Shown one piece after another: positions 23,085 to 36,070 of a stretch of 64,000 bases of DNA; position 1 is the first letter of the stretch, and every line of letters starts with the position of its first letter. The DNA comes from Squalus acanthias (Eukaryota), in contig CM059431.1 in assembly GCA_030390025.1 (NCBI GenBank), forward strand, positions 105,526,001 through 105,590,000, read 5' to 3'. The notes beneath the pieces were generated by a model that was not told where the DNA came from, did not search any database, and worked only from the letters and a program-made list of their open reading frames with translations. A program made the translations under genes and the position numbers.

Positions 23085-23590
23085 TCATAGAATGATACAG
23101 CACAGAAGGAGGCCATTCCTGATGATAACATTCTTTGGAGACACATCAGTAATATATTTTTAGAGGTTTTAAAGATACACTCAAAGAATCATTCAACACA
23201 GCAGGAGGCCATTCAGCCATCGTGGCTGTGCCAGCTCTTTGAAAGAGCTATCCAATTAGTCCCACTCCCCGGCTCTTTGCTCTTTAAGTATTTATCCAAT
23301 TCCCCTTTTGAAAGTTACTATTGAATCTGCTTCCACCGCCCTTTCAGGCAGCGCATTCCAGATCACAACAACTCGCTGCGTAAAAACGTTTCCTCATGTC
23401 GCCTCTGGTTCCTTTGCCAATTACCTTAAATCAATGTGCTCTGGTTACTGGCCCTCCTGCCCGGGGAAGCAGTTTTTCCTTATTTCCACGATCAAAACTC
23501 TTCATGATTTTGAACACCTCTATCAAATCTCCCATTTTATCCTTCTCTGCTCTAAGGAGAACAACCCCAGCTTCTCTAGGCTCGCTACGT
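23085..23590 (-). mobile_element. CR1 3' fragment with duplicated tail
   Basis: LEKLGLFSLEQRR motif; two tail starts at about 23085 and 23185. Confidence 0.85.
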
Positions 23591-23751
23591 AGCTGATGTT
23601 GTGCTGACAGGCTGCCTCCTGATCTGTCACTATCAAAGCCATATCCTGCTCATGGATACTTTTTTTTTTAGAACATCCATGGATGTGTTTGCAGGCAGAA
23701 CATTGGGCACCCATCAGGTCTGTAGATTGATGCTACATCAATTGTGATTAC

Positions 23752-24578
23752 ACAATTTAGGGTTGTATTGCCTAGAATTTAGAAAGTAAGGGGTGATTTG
23801 ATCGAAGTTTTCAAGATATTAAAGGGAACAGATAGGGTAGAGAGAGAGAAACTATTACCGCTGGTTGGGGAGTCTAGGCCCAGGGGGCATAGTCTAAAAA
23901 ATAGAGCCAGACCTTTCAGGAGTGAAATTAGGAAATACTTCTACACACAAAGGGTGGTAGAAGTTTGGTACTCTCTTCTGCAAACAGCAATTGATGCTGA
24001 GTCAATTGTTAATTTTAAATCGGAGATTGTCAGATTTTTGTTGGCATAGTGGTTAGCACTGGTGCTTCACAGCGCCAGGGACCCGGGTTCGAATCTGACC
24101 TCGGGTGACTGTCTGTGTGGAGTTTGCACATTCTCCCCGTGTCTGCGTGGGTTTCCTCCGGGTGCTCCGGTTTCCTCCCACAGTCCAAAAATGTGCGGGT
24201 TAGGTTGATTTGGCTATGATAAATTGACCCTTAGTGTTAGGGGGGGATTAAATATGTGGGGTTATGGGGATAGGATGGGATATGTTAGGGGGAATTAAAT
24301 ACTTGGGGTTACGGGGGTAGGGTGGGATATGTGTACTGTGGGGATTAAAGCAGGGGACAGGGTACTGGATTTGGATGATCAGCCATGATCGTATTGAATG
24401 GTGGAGCAGGCTCGATGGGCTGAATGGCCTACTCCTGCTCCTAGATTCTATGTTTCTATGTTTCTAAAGGTATTAAGGGATATGGGCCAAAGGCGGGTAT
24501 ATGGAGTTAGGTCGCAGATCAGCCATGATCTCATTGCAGGCTCGAGGGGCTGAATGGCCTCCTCCTCTTCCTATGTTC
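23752..24578 (+). mobile_element. CR1 3' fragment interrupted by an HE1 SINE
   Basis: IEVFKILKG...RGHSLK...TQRVVEVW; resumes at about 24467; same subfamily as 45190-45475. Confidence 0.9.
24044..24466 (+). mobile_element. HE1-type V-SINE
   Basis: tRNA head, V-domain gtgtggagtttgcacattctccccgtgtctgcgtgggtttcctccggg, CR1-type tail (ctatgttt)n. Confidence 0.9.
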
Positions 24579-25204
24579 GTATCTGTCAATGGCTGCCTTC
24601 AGGTTGTCTCCATCCAATTTTGCAACATGTTGAAGTCTGTCGGTATAGCATCTTTAAGTTCTGAGCCCAAAATCTCTTTAGCAGCAGTACGCACCCACTG
24701 TGCCTAGAACATTGCCGCTGAGGGTTTCACTGCTGATGCCAAGGCAGTTGCCATGAAGTCATTCCTTGTAGCTTCCACGGCTAGTCAGCTAAGCTTTCTT
24801 TTCGCTGCTTGAAGGACAACATTGCCGAGGAAAAATTTACTACTTGATCAGTTGTACTTGTCTCCCCTACACCATTTAAGGAGCTTAAATGGATGCTCAG
24901 TGAATTTAACACGTTTTTACGCTGCATTAATGATTGTGCCACCCCATTAGATCGCTGTCTGTGGGGGCAGCAAAGTTCATGTTTTGGCACATCTAATGAA
25001 ATCAGCAAAACTGAGTGTTAATAAGCTTCCATTCTACCGCTCAAAACCCTGTGGTAACACTCAGTTAACTCTTCATTAAGATCAACAGAAATTTCTGGAC
25101 TCCCATTACAATTTTTGTCACTCTTAATTAGCTGCACAGCAAGGGGGGTTTTTTTTTGCACTTCTAACTATAGCTTTTCTTTGGGGATAAGGTCGTGATT
25201 CTAC

Positions 25205-25738
25205 ATATTTCATCGAGTCTACAGCACAGGAACAGGCCATTCGGCCCAACTGGTCTATTCCAGCGATAATGCTCCACACGAGTCTCCTCCCACCCCTCTT
25301 CATCTAACCCTATCTGCACATCCTTCCATTCCTTGCTCATGCGCTTATTTGGTTGCCCATTAAATGCATCTATACTATTCGCCTCAACTATTCCTTGTGG
25401 GAGCGAGTTCCACGTTCTAACCACTCTTTGGGTAAAGAAGTTTCTCCTCAATTCCATATTGGATTTATTAGTGACTATCTTATTTTGATGGCCCCTAGTC
25501 TTGGTCTCCCCGTCAGTGGAAACACCTTCTCTGTGTCTAACCTATCAAACCCTTTCATAATCTTTCATCATCAAGCCACCCCTCAGCCTTCTGTTTTCTA
25601 GAGAAAAGAGCCCCAGCCAGCTCAGCCTGTCCTGATAAGTATATCCTCTCAGTTCTGATATCATCCTTGTGAATCTTTTTTGCACCTTCTCCAGTGCCTC
25701 TATTTCCTTTTTATGATATGGCGACCAGAACCGTGCAG
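25205..25738 (-). mobile_element. CR1 3' fragment
   Basis: FWSPYHKKEIEALEKVQKRFTRM; same subfamily as 1007-1956. Confidence 0.9.
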
Positions 25739-26745
25739 AGTCGTGATTTGTTTTCATTTATTACCATTTCATTTTTACTTTTTGTCCTTCTCTTCTTTTT
25801 GATTTTATTTATTTTCTTTGTCTGTTACAACACCTGGCTCATCGCATTTGAATGTTCTGTGTATTACGATGGACGCACACAAATAGCCAATATTTTAAAT
25901 TGTACCTCAAAAATTAAGCGCCCAGGATGACGACATCTGCACATAATGGCTGAATGAGGTGAAAATAATCATCATGGGCATGATTACTTCAAGTGGCGAT
26001 ATCAGCGGGCAGCCTGAGGGAGAGAGCGTCACATCAGCAGTCAATGACCTTTATGGAGGAGAAGGTAGCTTAGTGCTGAAGGCTGAACGCCACACAGGGA
26101 GAGGAAGTGACCCGGGTTGGACATCACAGTGTTAGTGACTTTGAAGATTCTGGTGAGTCTTTGAAATGATGGCAAATTTAAATTAAGTGCTATGAGTTAG
26201 CGTTTAGAAAAGTACAGGTTTTATTATGTGTAGAACGTAATTAAAATATTTATGTAAAAAAAAAATCACTTGTGCCACTTGGAGCACAATGATACTGCAC
26301 CACCAGTCTGTAAAGTGTAAAAACCTGTTAACAGGCCCCGAATTATATTCAAGCTGCAGCAGCTGTTTTTTAATGTCAAGACCTGGCTCCAGAATTATAA
26401 GATGTAACTTTTCCGACATCGCATAGCTGGCGCAGACCCTCACCTGTTGGCAACACAGACCCGAATTTTGGGTGTAAGTTGTGCAAATTGATGGTCAGGA
26501 AATCGTGTACCGATTACGCCCAAATTTCCAGTGGGCACTGCCCGTGTCTGAGGCACTCTGCTGGCAGCAGGAAGTCATTCGGTAACCCCTATACTGAGCA
26601 CCCAAAATCACTTCGCATCTAGGAGAAAGTGTTGAGTATAACTGCAGTCTTCCATACAATGCTGCTTTACAATCCTCCTTAAAATGACAATAATGAACCT
26701 TGAATTTTCAGTTACCCGGTTTACAGTAGTTTTCTGTGGCCATGA

Positions 26746-28010
26746 CATAGAGTCATAACGGCACAGAAGGAGGCCATTCGGCCCATCAAGTCCGTGCCGG
26801 CTCTCTGTAGAGCAATCCAGTCAGTCCCATTCCCCCGCTCTATCCCCGTAGCCCTGCAAGTTTATTTCCCTCGAGTGCCTATCCAGTCTCCCCTTGAAAA
26901 CATGGATCGTCTCCACTTCCACCACTTCTGTCAGCAGCGAGTTCCAGGTCCTCACCATTCACTGCATAAAAAAGTTTTTCCTCACGTGCCCCCTGTATCT
27001 CTTGTCCAAAACCTTAAATCTGTGTCCCCTAGTCCTTGTACCATCAACTAGTGGGAACAGCCTTTCTCTGTCTAGCCTATCCAAACCCACCATAATCTTG
27101 TACACCTCTATCAAATCACCCCTCAACCTCCTTTGCTCTAATGAAAACAAATCCAGCTTCTCCAACCTGTCCTTGTAGCTAAGATCTCCCATCCCTGGAA
27201 CCATTCTGCTAAATCTCCTCTGCACCCTCTCAAGGGCCTTCACATCCTTCTTAAAGTATGGTGACCAGAACTGGATGCAATACTCCAGTTGTGGCCTAAC
27301 CAGCACTTTATAAAGGTTCAGCATAACTTCTCTGCTTTTGTACTCAATACCTTTATTTATGAAGCCATATGCTTTGCTAACCATTCTCTTAATATGTCCT
27401 GCCACCTTCAGGGACCTATGCACATTAACTCCCTGGTCCCTCTGTCCCTGCACACTCTTTAAAACTGTGCCATTAAGTGTATATTGCCTCTCCCTGTTCC
27501 TTCTGCCAAAATGCATCACCTCACACTTCTCTGTATTAAATTCCATCTGCCACTTGTCTGCCCATTCTGCTAGCCTTTCTATGTCCTGTTGCAGTCAATT
27601 GGTATCATCTTCACTGTTTGCCACACCCCCAAGTTTGGTGTCATCGGCAAATTTAGAAATTCTACTCTGTATTCCAATATCCAAGTCATTTATATATATA
27701 TATAAAAAAAAGCAGTGGCCCCAGCACTGACCCTTGGGGAACACCACTGTCTACCATCCTCAAGTCTGAAAAACAGCCATTTACCACAACTCACTGTTTT
27801 CTGTCCTTAAGCCATCAGCCTTCTATGTGGTACTTTGTCAAACGCCTTCCTAAAATCCATGTAGACAACATCCATTGCATTCCCTTCATCAATCCTCCCT
27901 GTTACTTCATCAAAAAGTGCAATCAGTGTTGGCTCTCCTTAATTAGCTTACACCGTTCCAAGTGCCCATTAATTCTTTCCTTGATTATTGTTTCTAAAAC
28001 TTTACCCACC
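26746..28010 (-). mobile_element. CR1 RT 3' fragment
   Basis: 195-aa ORF 26959-27546; closely similar to 59018-60062. Confidence 0.95.
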
Positions 28011-28125
28011 ATGTGTGTTGCATACTGATGATGCCAGATCTTCTGCAGTGGTACAACACCACCTGGGGCTCTAAGAAGAAACTAAACATTGTGGTTTCAG
28101 GAGAGAATGAAGCGGAGAGATAAAT

Positions 28126-28538
28126 TAGGGCGACCATATGTCCCTGTTTTCCGGGGACAGTCCAAGTATGAGGTATTGTGTCCTTGGGCAAACAATGTCC
28201 CCAGAGGATCCCCGGTTCATGAAACTCGTCCCCGAATAGACTAGAGCCATATTCATTGGAATATATGCATATCATACCGTTAGACATAATCAGAGTTTCA
28301 AGTCAATGGACTGAACAGTGTTACTGTATTATTCATAAATGGTATCTGGATGCGCTTCAATAGTGTGACGTCACATTTGCGGTAATTATATGCGCATTTG
28401 TTTTGAATTTGTAATGTACAGGCTGCTAAAAGATTTTGCCTCGCTGCGCTGCGCAACCTTCTTTTCCGTCCTGGCTACTTTGCTGTGTTCCCACCCTGTG
28501 CATCCCCGGATTCGGTTTAGAAAATATGGTCACCCTCA
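28126..28538. mobile_element. hAT-superfamily MITE (413 bp)
   Basis: TIR tagggcgaccatat / atatggtcaccctca; perfect 8-bp TSD AGATAAAT. Confidence 0.9.
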
Positions 28539-29627
28539 AGATAAATGTCCATCACTACCTGTGGGCATCACATCCCACAAGACACCTACACATAGCGAGG
28601 CACTGCAATGAGCAGTGGGGAAATCAGCACTGGGATCCTGTGCAAGGGAACCACCACACAAATATAAGAGTAAAATCAGGGAGCTACTTGAAAAAAAGGG
28701 AGTCATCTACAATGAACAGAATGGTTGCCAGCATTAACTACAACTCACTGAGGCTGAAGGAGGTAGAGAATGCAGGCTCAGCATAGGAGAAGTATTGGCT
28801 GCTACCCAGTGTAGCTTATATTTTAAAAGACACATGTACAGATTGAAAACGGTTGAGGTCAAGCAGTTGAACAGAGAAGCATATTCAACAACCTGCTGAC
28901 TCAATTGATCTCCTAGACATCTATTTCAATTTACCTCAAAGATATTACCAGCAACATCTCTGATTTGATGTCAGATAGCCCAGCATTGACCATCAAGGGA
29001 GCCTCAACAGTGAGACTGGAGTGCCCATACCCCAAAAGAGATTCTGTGCCGATTTCAGCCCCGATCCCTCTCCACTCACAGTTTCAAACCAAGCAACCTT
29101 CAGATGTTGCTGTCTACAAGGAGTGATGCGTAAATTAAATCACTTCGCACATTTTACAATATATATTCTTTCTTTTTATTGCATTTCAAACTTCGGAGCC
29201 TCACTTCCGATTGGCTTTCTATTCATCCATCTATACCATTAAAAGTATTGCATCTATATGGACATAGATATGTAGGAATACATGATTGCAGAGAACAAAA
29301 CAAAACCACAGGTCATTGGACCATGTCAACATGTGTCATGTTTCCGATTACACAGTCACCCCAGTCCAATTAGATTCCAACAATTAAAATCACACAGGCA
29401 GCCAAATTGGATTTTTAAATTGTTTCTCCCCAACACACAACCTGCTTTTCCCTCTACTTTCCATATTTCCTCTCGCTCTGAATATTCTAGTCCTGGTCTT
29501 GTTGTCACCCACTTTACTCATTGTCCATTCCTGCTCCCTTTGAGGCCACGGCTCTAACATCGGTCAATCTAGAGAACTGTAGTCGAGATTAAGTGCTGAG
29601 AGTATTCAGAGAATATTTGTAATTACC

Positions 29628-30627
29628 TGTAAACGTGAGGCTGCAGCTCACTGACATGCTTTCCTTTCTGTAGGCATACACAAACCCTTATATTTTAATT
29701 TTGGTATGTATTAAAATGTTTTGCCAGGCCAAAAGGTTTTTCAAAAGTGAAATAAAGTTGTAATAGACGGTCTTTCACTGATAAGTGGACATGGAATGTG
29801 CTTTGATGTGCTTTACTAAAAGGCAGCAAACATTTGGGAGCAAATGTGCTTTCAAAAGGAACTGTTGTATTTGCAAGCTGCTTTGGTGATGGAGATATTT
29901 CAAGAGCTGTGTTTCGGATAAGCAGATACTGACAGAACAAATGGTTGTGACTGCAGGGGGTAGTCATAGACAACAGAGATAAACAAACCCCCTTCGATTT
30001 GCAGACTTCGTGTCTACAACAAAACAGGCTACCAGATTGTAGAATGATTTTTGGTGGCTAAAGGGGAGGAGTCAAACCTTTGAAGTTCTGAAGTTCTGAA
30101 AAATGCAGGATACGACGTAACACATGAAATGTGACCAAATGGTTTTCTGCCACTTTTGTAAACTTTAAGAGTGAATGAACAATTTTGGGTTTTGATAAAA
30201 GGCAACTAATGGATAGCCACACAGTGAGTGTGAACGTTTGACAGCTCAAACAACTCAGGTTGAAGATTAAAGGAACATTTCACCATCTCTGAATGATTGA
30301 TTTACTGAAAAAAACAAGGAAAACTGTATAAAAGCCAGTGACGGAAAATATCGGCACTGCAGTTGGAAGGAGGGGCCTGGCTGATCGTCTCAACTCGAAG
30401 AGCTGCAGTCGAAAGGTGGAGAGCTGCCGTCGAAAGGACGTGGCCTACAATCAACGCTGGACTGATCATTTGCGGGTGGTTGTATGTATGACTTCCTATA
30501 ACATTATTGGTGGACTGCTCGAATAGTGGTTGGGGGTTTTGAATCTGTCTTAGGAACAATAAAAGGTTAAAAGCAGAACCCGTGTGTCTGGTATAATTTC
30601 TCATCAGTCTCAAGTCCGAACTCTACA
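29628..30627 (+). mobile_element. Possible solo LTR
   Basis: tgta...taca ends, TATAAAA 30327-33, AATAAA 30558-63, short tandem duplication at 30400-30437; ACC flanks both ends; left boundary uncertain (alternative 29578). Confidence 0.5.
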
Positions 30628-30639
30628 ACCTGTTGGACG

Positions 30640-31441
30640 GGGCGAGGGGTAATTTCGCACATCCTACATTTCCCTGTTACACATTGACGCACATCTTGGA
30701 AAAATAACGAGTTCACAACACACGCCGTTATTGATGCGCAAATCGGCCAGCAAATTCAGGTGAAGAAGAGATTCGCCATGAGGTGTGAATCTCCAGAACT
30801 TACTAGTCAATTTATTCTGCTGTTTGCTTTGCACAAACAGCATCTCACCCTCAGCCTGCTTGTTCTTTTTAAGGACTTGCTGGATTTGCACATTAAACTC
30901 GAATTAAACTCGTCGCTGAAAGTTAGGCTCATACTTAACAACAGAAGTACCTCTTTAACAATGTGATAATTGTTAATGCAATACCAATCAACCTCTCTGG
31001 TCCAGAATGGGAACATTGAAACTGTTCAATCTCATTCCTGCCTGTAGTAAATGCTTCCAGATTTTTTTTTTTAAATGTTAACTTAAAATTTTTTTTTTTT
31101 TTCCTACATTTCCTTTCTGTTTCTTTTTTCTCTCTCTTTCTCTTAATCCAATCTTTCTTTCCCTCTCTTTATTTCTCTTTCTCTAGCTGATTTGACTCTA
31201 ATTCATCATATTTCCTTCCCCGGTCGTTTCTTTCTCAATCCTGAAATCTCATGGGTTAAGGAGATAGACCATTGGTCCCGGTGTTCACTGAGGTCCCAGA
31301 TGCCCCGCTGTCCTCGCTGCCCCGTTATCAGCTCGTACTTCCATCAAGTTACGGTGCAAAACATTTTTCGAGTTGAAGAGTGAGGGGAAAAGTCTAACGG
31401 AGCACACGGCAAAATGCCCCACTCCAGCAAAGTTCGGGGCC
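30640..31441. mobile_element. Harbinger-type non-autonomous element remnant
   Basis: CpG-rich ends; right end aaagttcggggcc; pyrimidine block shared with 57870-57965. Confidence 0.5.
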
Positions 31442-31844
31442 ATATAATTAGATATATTTACAGTTAAAAATGCATAGTTTCAATATACTGAAACGCATGC
31501 ATCTAATATCACAGCCCTGAAAATCCTTGGGGGGGGAAATCTTTCAATCATGCCTGGATTGCACCCACTGGGGAACCTCCGGTACTGAACCCTCCAGGGG
31601 TCACTGAGGTCCCCCTCACTTGCATACACATGGCGGGCATTTGTGCCACTGTGGATATCACTCAGGAGCCTCCTGCCCCCCACAGGCCAGAATAATCGCC
31701 TGTCCTTTGCCGGTCCAAGAAACAAGAGGAGTGCCTTGCCCTGCCCCCACCCACCCCACAAAATGTCTTATGGCCGCCTTTGTGAGGGGGCCAGTAATAA
31801 AAACAAAAACACAAGCAAAAGTTCTGCTTGCCAGGTCATTTGAA

Positions 31845-32143
31845 CAGGAGGAGGCCATTCAGCCACTCGAGCCTGTTCCGCCATTAAATTAGAGTGAGAA
31901 GTCGCACAACACCAGGTTATAGTCCAACAGTTTTATTTGAAATCACAAGCTTTCGGAGCTGCTGCTCCTTCATCTACCCTATCAAATCCTTTAATCATCT
32001 TAAACACCTCAATTAGATCACCCCTTAATCTTCTATACTCGAGGGAATACAAGCCTAGACTACGCAACCGGTCCTCATAATTTAACCCTTTTAGCCCCGG
32101 TATCATTCTGGTGAATCTGCGCTGCACCCACTCTAAGGCCAAT
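31845..32143 (-). mobile_element. CR1 fragment with an inserted Penelope-type terminal fragment (31891-31974)
   Basis: LALEWVQRRFTRMIPG ORF; insert reads gatgaaggagcagcagctccgaaagcttgtgatttcaaataaa on the minus strand. Confidence 0.8.
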
Positions 32144-33044
32144 AGGTCATCAGGGTCCCCCATGCTGGGTGCAACAATTGCCTTTGAAGAGGCCTGTTTC
32201 CCTCTTTCTTCTCGATATGCCGACTTTCAAAGATCTGCCAGGCCTCTGGGAGACTTGGGCTGCGAAAACTCCCAACATAGGGGCCCCAGTCCCCTCTGTG
32301 GCATTGGAAACTATTGTGGTATGTTGGGCGCCACTGTTAAGTGTAGTCCAATCAAGTCACATTTCTTCTCATCAGGGCTTCAATTTACAGAAAAGTAAAA
32401 CCCGTTTACTGAGTATAATGGGCTTGATCCGACATGGGGGAAAAAAAAAACTGCGTCACGATGCTCGATTTATAATCACAGAGCATGTTGAACTAGGAGG
32501 TCGACAGGAGCAGTAGTATCCAGACACAGAGATAAATGTGGAGGCACGCCACAGCATCCATCAGATGTAAGCACTGTCGCCCTCTGACGATTACCATTCC
32601 ACTATATTTCTCTTAAATGTGTACCTCTTAAATGCAAATGCGTTCTGAAGTATTTGGCTGCCTGCCATTCATTTTACCCGTTAAAAGTGAAATAATTATG
32701 TTAATTTTGTGCATTTTACCCATTCTCACCATTTAAATGAGGCCGTATAAATTGTTCTGCAATCTGCTAGAACAGCTAGTTTAAGGATCTGGCTGCAAGA
32801 TCTCTTACACATCCTTAACTGCCCTATTATAGTAAATGTCAAACACTCTGGGGCCACTAGTGTAGACCCCATGCAGCGCTGTACGGGCACATGCATACAA
32901 ATGACCTGACCTCTCGCCATAATGCAAGGTGACCGCATTGAATTTGTTTACTGGCATTCCCAGTGCATGATGTGTTAGGAGTACCATAGGGAGTGGAGAC
33001 TCCAAATGCCAGTAACTGGCTGCAGATTACCCAATCATTAATAA

Positions 33045-33175
33045 GAACATAAGAAATAGGAGCAGGAGTCGGCCATACGGCCCCTCGAGCCTGCGCCGCC
33101 ATTCAATAAGATCATGGTTATCTTTGACCTCAACTGCATTTTCCCACCTGATCGCTGTATCCCTTGATTCCTTAG
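33045..33175 (-). mobile_element. CR1 3' tail
   Basis: aagaacataagaaataggagcaggagtcggcc. Confidence 0.8.
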
Positions 33176-33344
33176 GTGTTGTAGCTCCTAGAGACTTAAA
33201 TCCCCTTACCACACTGGCCCACTGAAGCATGGAGAATTGTGGCCAAGTTGTGAACGGTGGCCTTTTATTAGGAAGAGAACCGTCCAGCTGTTAAACTTCT
33301 CCCCCTTCCTCTCCCCACCCCCTCCTCCAGTCCTCTCTTGAATC

Positions 33345-33555
33345 TAGGGTTGCCCAAATCTCCAGAACCGTCCTGGAGGCTCCAGGAGTCAAAGACTAAT
33401 CTCCCGGACACTGCAGCGAGCAAACCCAGGAGAACAATCATCGGTGCATTAAAAAAAGTGGTTTTTTTTCCTCCCCATTTTCTTTCAAAAGTTTGTTGAT
33501 TAATTATAAATATATTGGAAATGGAAAAAAGGCTGTTAGAATTGGCAAGTGACCT
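33345..33555. mobile_element. Partial hAT-type MITE
   Basis: Begins tagggttgcc; the matching end and TSD were not found. Confidence 0.4.
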
Positions 33556-33674
33556 CTTCGTTCAGCGTCTGGTATCTACTGGTAAATAGTGTGGAAGTTG
33601 AAAACTGTAAATCAGGGATGCAGACATCGCTTGCCTTATTTAAGCTTAGAGCTGCATTTAGTGACAAACCAACC

Positions 33675-34025
33675 CATTTTTAAATTCTCACCCTCATTTT
33701 CAAATCCCTCCATAGCCTCCCCTGTTCCTATCTCTGTAACCTCCACCAGCCCTACAGCCCTTCAAGGATCTCTGCGCTCCTCCAATTCTGGCCTCTTGCA
33801 CCTCCCCGATTTTCATCGCTCCATCGTTGGCGGCCTTGCCTTCAGCTGCCGCGGCCCTAAGCTCTAGAATTCCCTCCCATACCTCTCCGTCTCGTTCCTT
33901 AAACCCTACCTCTTTGACCTGGCCGAATATCTCGGTGTCAAATGTTTTTTGATTACGCTCCTGCGAAGCGCCTTGGGACGTTTTACTACGTTAGAGGCGC
34001 TATATGAATGCAACTTGTTGTTGCA
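33675..34025 (+). mobile_element. L2 LINE 3' end
   Basis: LRSSNSGLL...VGGLAFSCRGPKL; tail gaggcgctatatgaatgcaacttgttgttg. Confidence 0.85.
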
Positions 34026-34304
34026 GAACACATGGTTACTCCAAAGATATGAAGCTTGGGTGACGCCAGCCCACCGCTTTCCTGCTCTCACTGCTTCGGG
34101 GCTCGGTTCAGAAGGCTTATGTAATAGCAAACTTCTCCAAACATCTTCGCATTGCTGAATACCAGCTGAAAAAACAAAGCGGCCAGAAAGAAACCTGACC
34201 CTGCACAAAAACACACACAACATGTGGCCCTTGTAGTTGCCATAAACCATTTGAAACGTGATGAAGACAGAAGCAGAAGGAAAGCGGGCTGGTGCAATCA
34301 CATT

Positions 34305-35042
34305 GGGCCGAATTGTCTGACCCCCACGGGTGCGTACGCGCCCGTCGGAGGCCGCGCAAGTGCCGGTTTCAGGCACGTGAAGAGCACGCGCTGAAAACCG
34401 GCACTTGCGATGTCAAGAATTCTCTCGACAGATCCTCCGACAGATCCTCCGCCTGCCCAAGAAAAGGGCCTCTACGGGTGGAGAGTTTACACAACTTCCG
34501 TCCGCTGAGTGCCTGTCAAATTCTTACGCCTGGTAAAAGCAAACGCAAGGCCTGCTTTCACCAGAAGAGTTTTAAAAAATAGAAAAATGAAATTTGATAA
34601 CTCATTTATAAATTAAAAATACTCTTCAAAGAGGTAAGCTTATTTTTAGCCCCGTTAAAACATTTAATTTTTTTTCAAAAAAATAAAATTGTTTAAAATA
34701 TTTAATGAAATGACATTTTAATTAATTTTAAATAGGTAATTAAAAAAAAAAATTTATGTGATGTATTTTTTAGGTGATCCCCATTCATACTTCTGACAGT
34801 TCTGTACGTACATTGAATGGGGATTTTTCCTTCTTCCATTAGTTGGGCCGGTCCACGTGATCCCAGGAGCGCCTCTGAACCGCCTGCGCCCCTGGGATAC
34901 GTGGGGCTCTGCCCGCGCGGACCCGGAGAGGCCCAGGATCGCCAGCCGCCATTCTACCCAGGGCCACCAGGTAAATTCGTAGACATTTTGCAGGTCGGAG
35001 GCGTCCGCCCACCGGGAAGCCTCCGATCGCAAATGTTGGCCC
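34305..35042. mobile_element. Harbinger-type MITE
   Basis: TIR gggccgaatt / aatgttggccc; flanks ATT and GTT; related partial copy at 52267-52470. Confidence 0.7.
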
Positions 35043-35482
35043 GTTCGTTTGCTGCGGTAAACTTTACAGAGGAATCCATCAGTCCAGATCGGCCGGTATT
35101 CCTCGTATAGGAAACTGAGAATGAAAGGACCTTATTTTTTTTGTAGGTTTTTGTTGATTCTGACTATTCACGCATCATCTCTTTATGGAACATAAACACG
35201 AGCAGAATCATGCCACTTTGTTTCAGTAATTTGGCTCAAGCCTGTAACCATGAACGAGATATACCACTGTACCAGTTGTGATAACTGACACGTATATCTT
35301 GCATGTGTATAAATCTTAAAAGTGGGTGGGATCCAGTTCTAATATGGGTCATACTGAAATTTCGAATGGCTGCTTGGAGACAATAGCCTAGAATTTCCAA
35401 TCAGGTGTGAGCCAAGCTTGACGGGCCATCCAACTCACAATCCATAATGTGCTAAACCAAACTTTTGGGGGTCAGAGTAATT

Positions 35483-35612
35483 TCATAGAATCATAGAATA
35501 GTACAGCACAGTAGGAGGCCATTCGGCCCATCGAGTCTGCGCCGGCTCTTTCGAAGAGCAGTCCAGTTAGTCCCACTCCCCCTGCTCTTTCCCCATATCC
35601 CTGCAATATTTT
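35483..35612 (-). mobile_element. CR1 3' tail
   Basis: (catagaat)n followed by cagcacagtaggaggccattcggccc. Confidence 0.8.
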
Positions 35613-36070
35613 CTCCGGCAGCACCCAGAGTGGAAACCACCCGTGACTGATAACTAGCTTGTTGCTCGGCAGAAAGTCCAATGCTGCTGCAGGATTCAAA
35701 AACCTGTAGAACATGCTGTCCCGGAGGGACATTCGAAAACTAGCTCCATTATGAATTGTTCTTTTATGATTCATATTATAGTCACAGGGCAAGCACCATT
35801 GTCGCATTGATGCTCAATGGGATCCTGTTTTGAGGCGTGATATTGGCCAGAGTTTCATGTATCTGCCATGGCCGACCCATGATCTTTCCGCCCATTAAAA
35901 TGAATTGTGGACTGATGAATGCAGAGTGGAAAATCTTGACCATCGTTGAAGAATTACTTGAACGTTAAAGGGGAAAATGTTCTTCTGAAACAAGGATCCT
36001 CTAAATGCTCATCAATTTCTTTTCATCATTGTCATTAGATGCACACCAGGTTGGGTTAGGGATAGGGTTA

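Noticed and set aside
24580..24870. Degenerate coding-like minus-strand sequence (WVRTAAKEILGSEL...)
   Set aside because: Contains stops and I cannot assign a family
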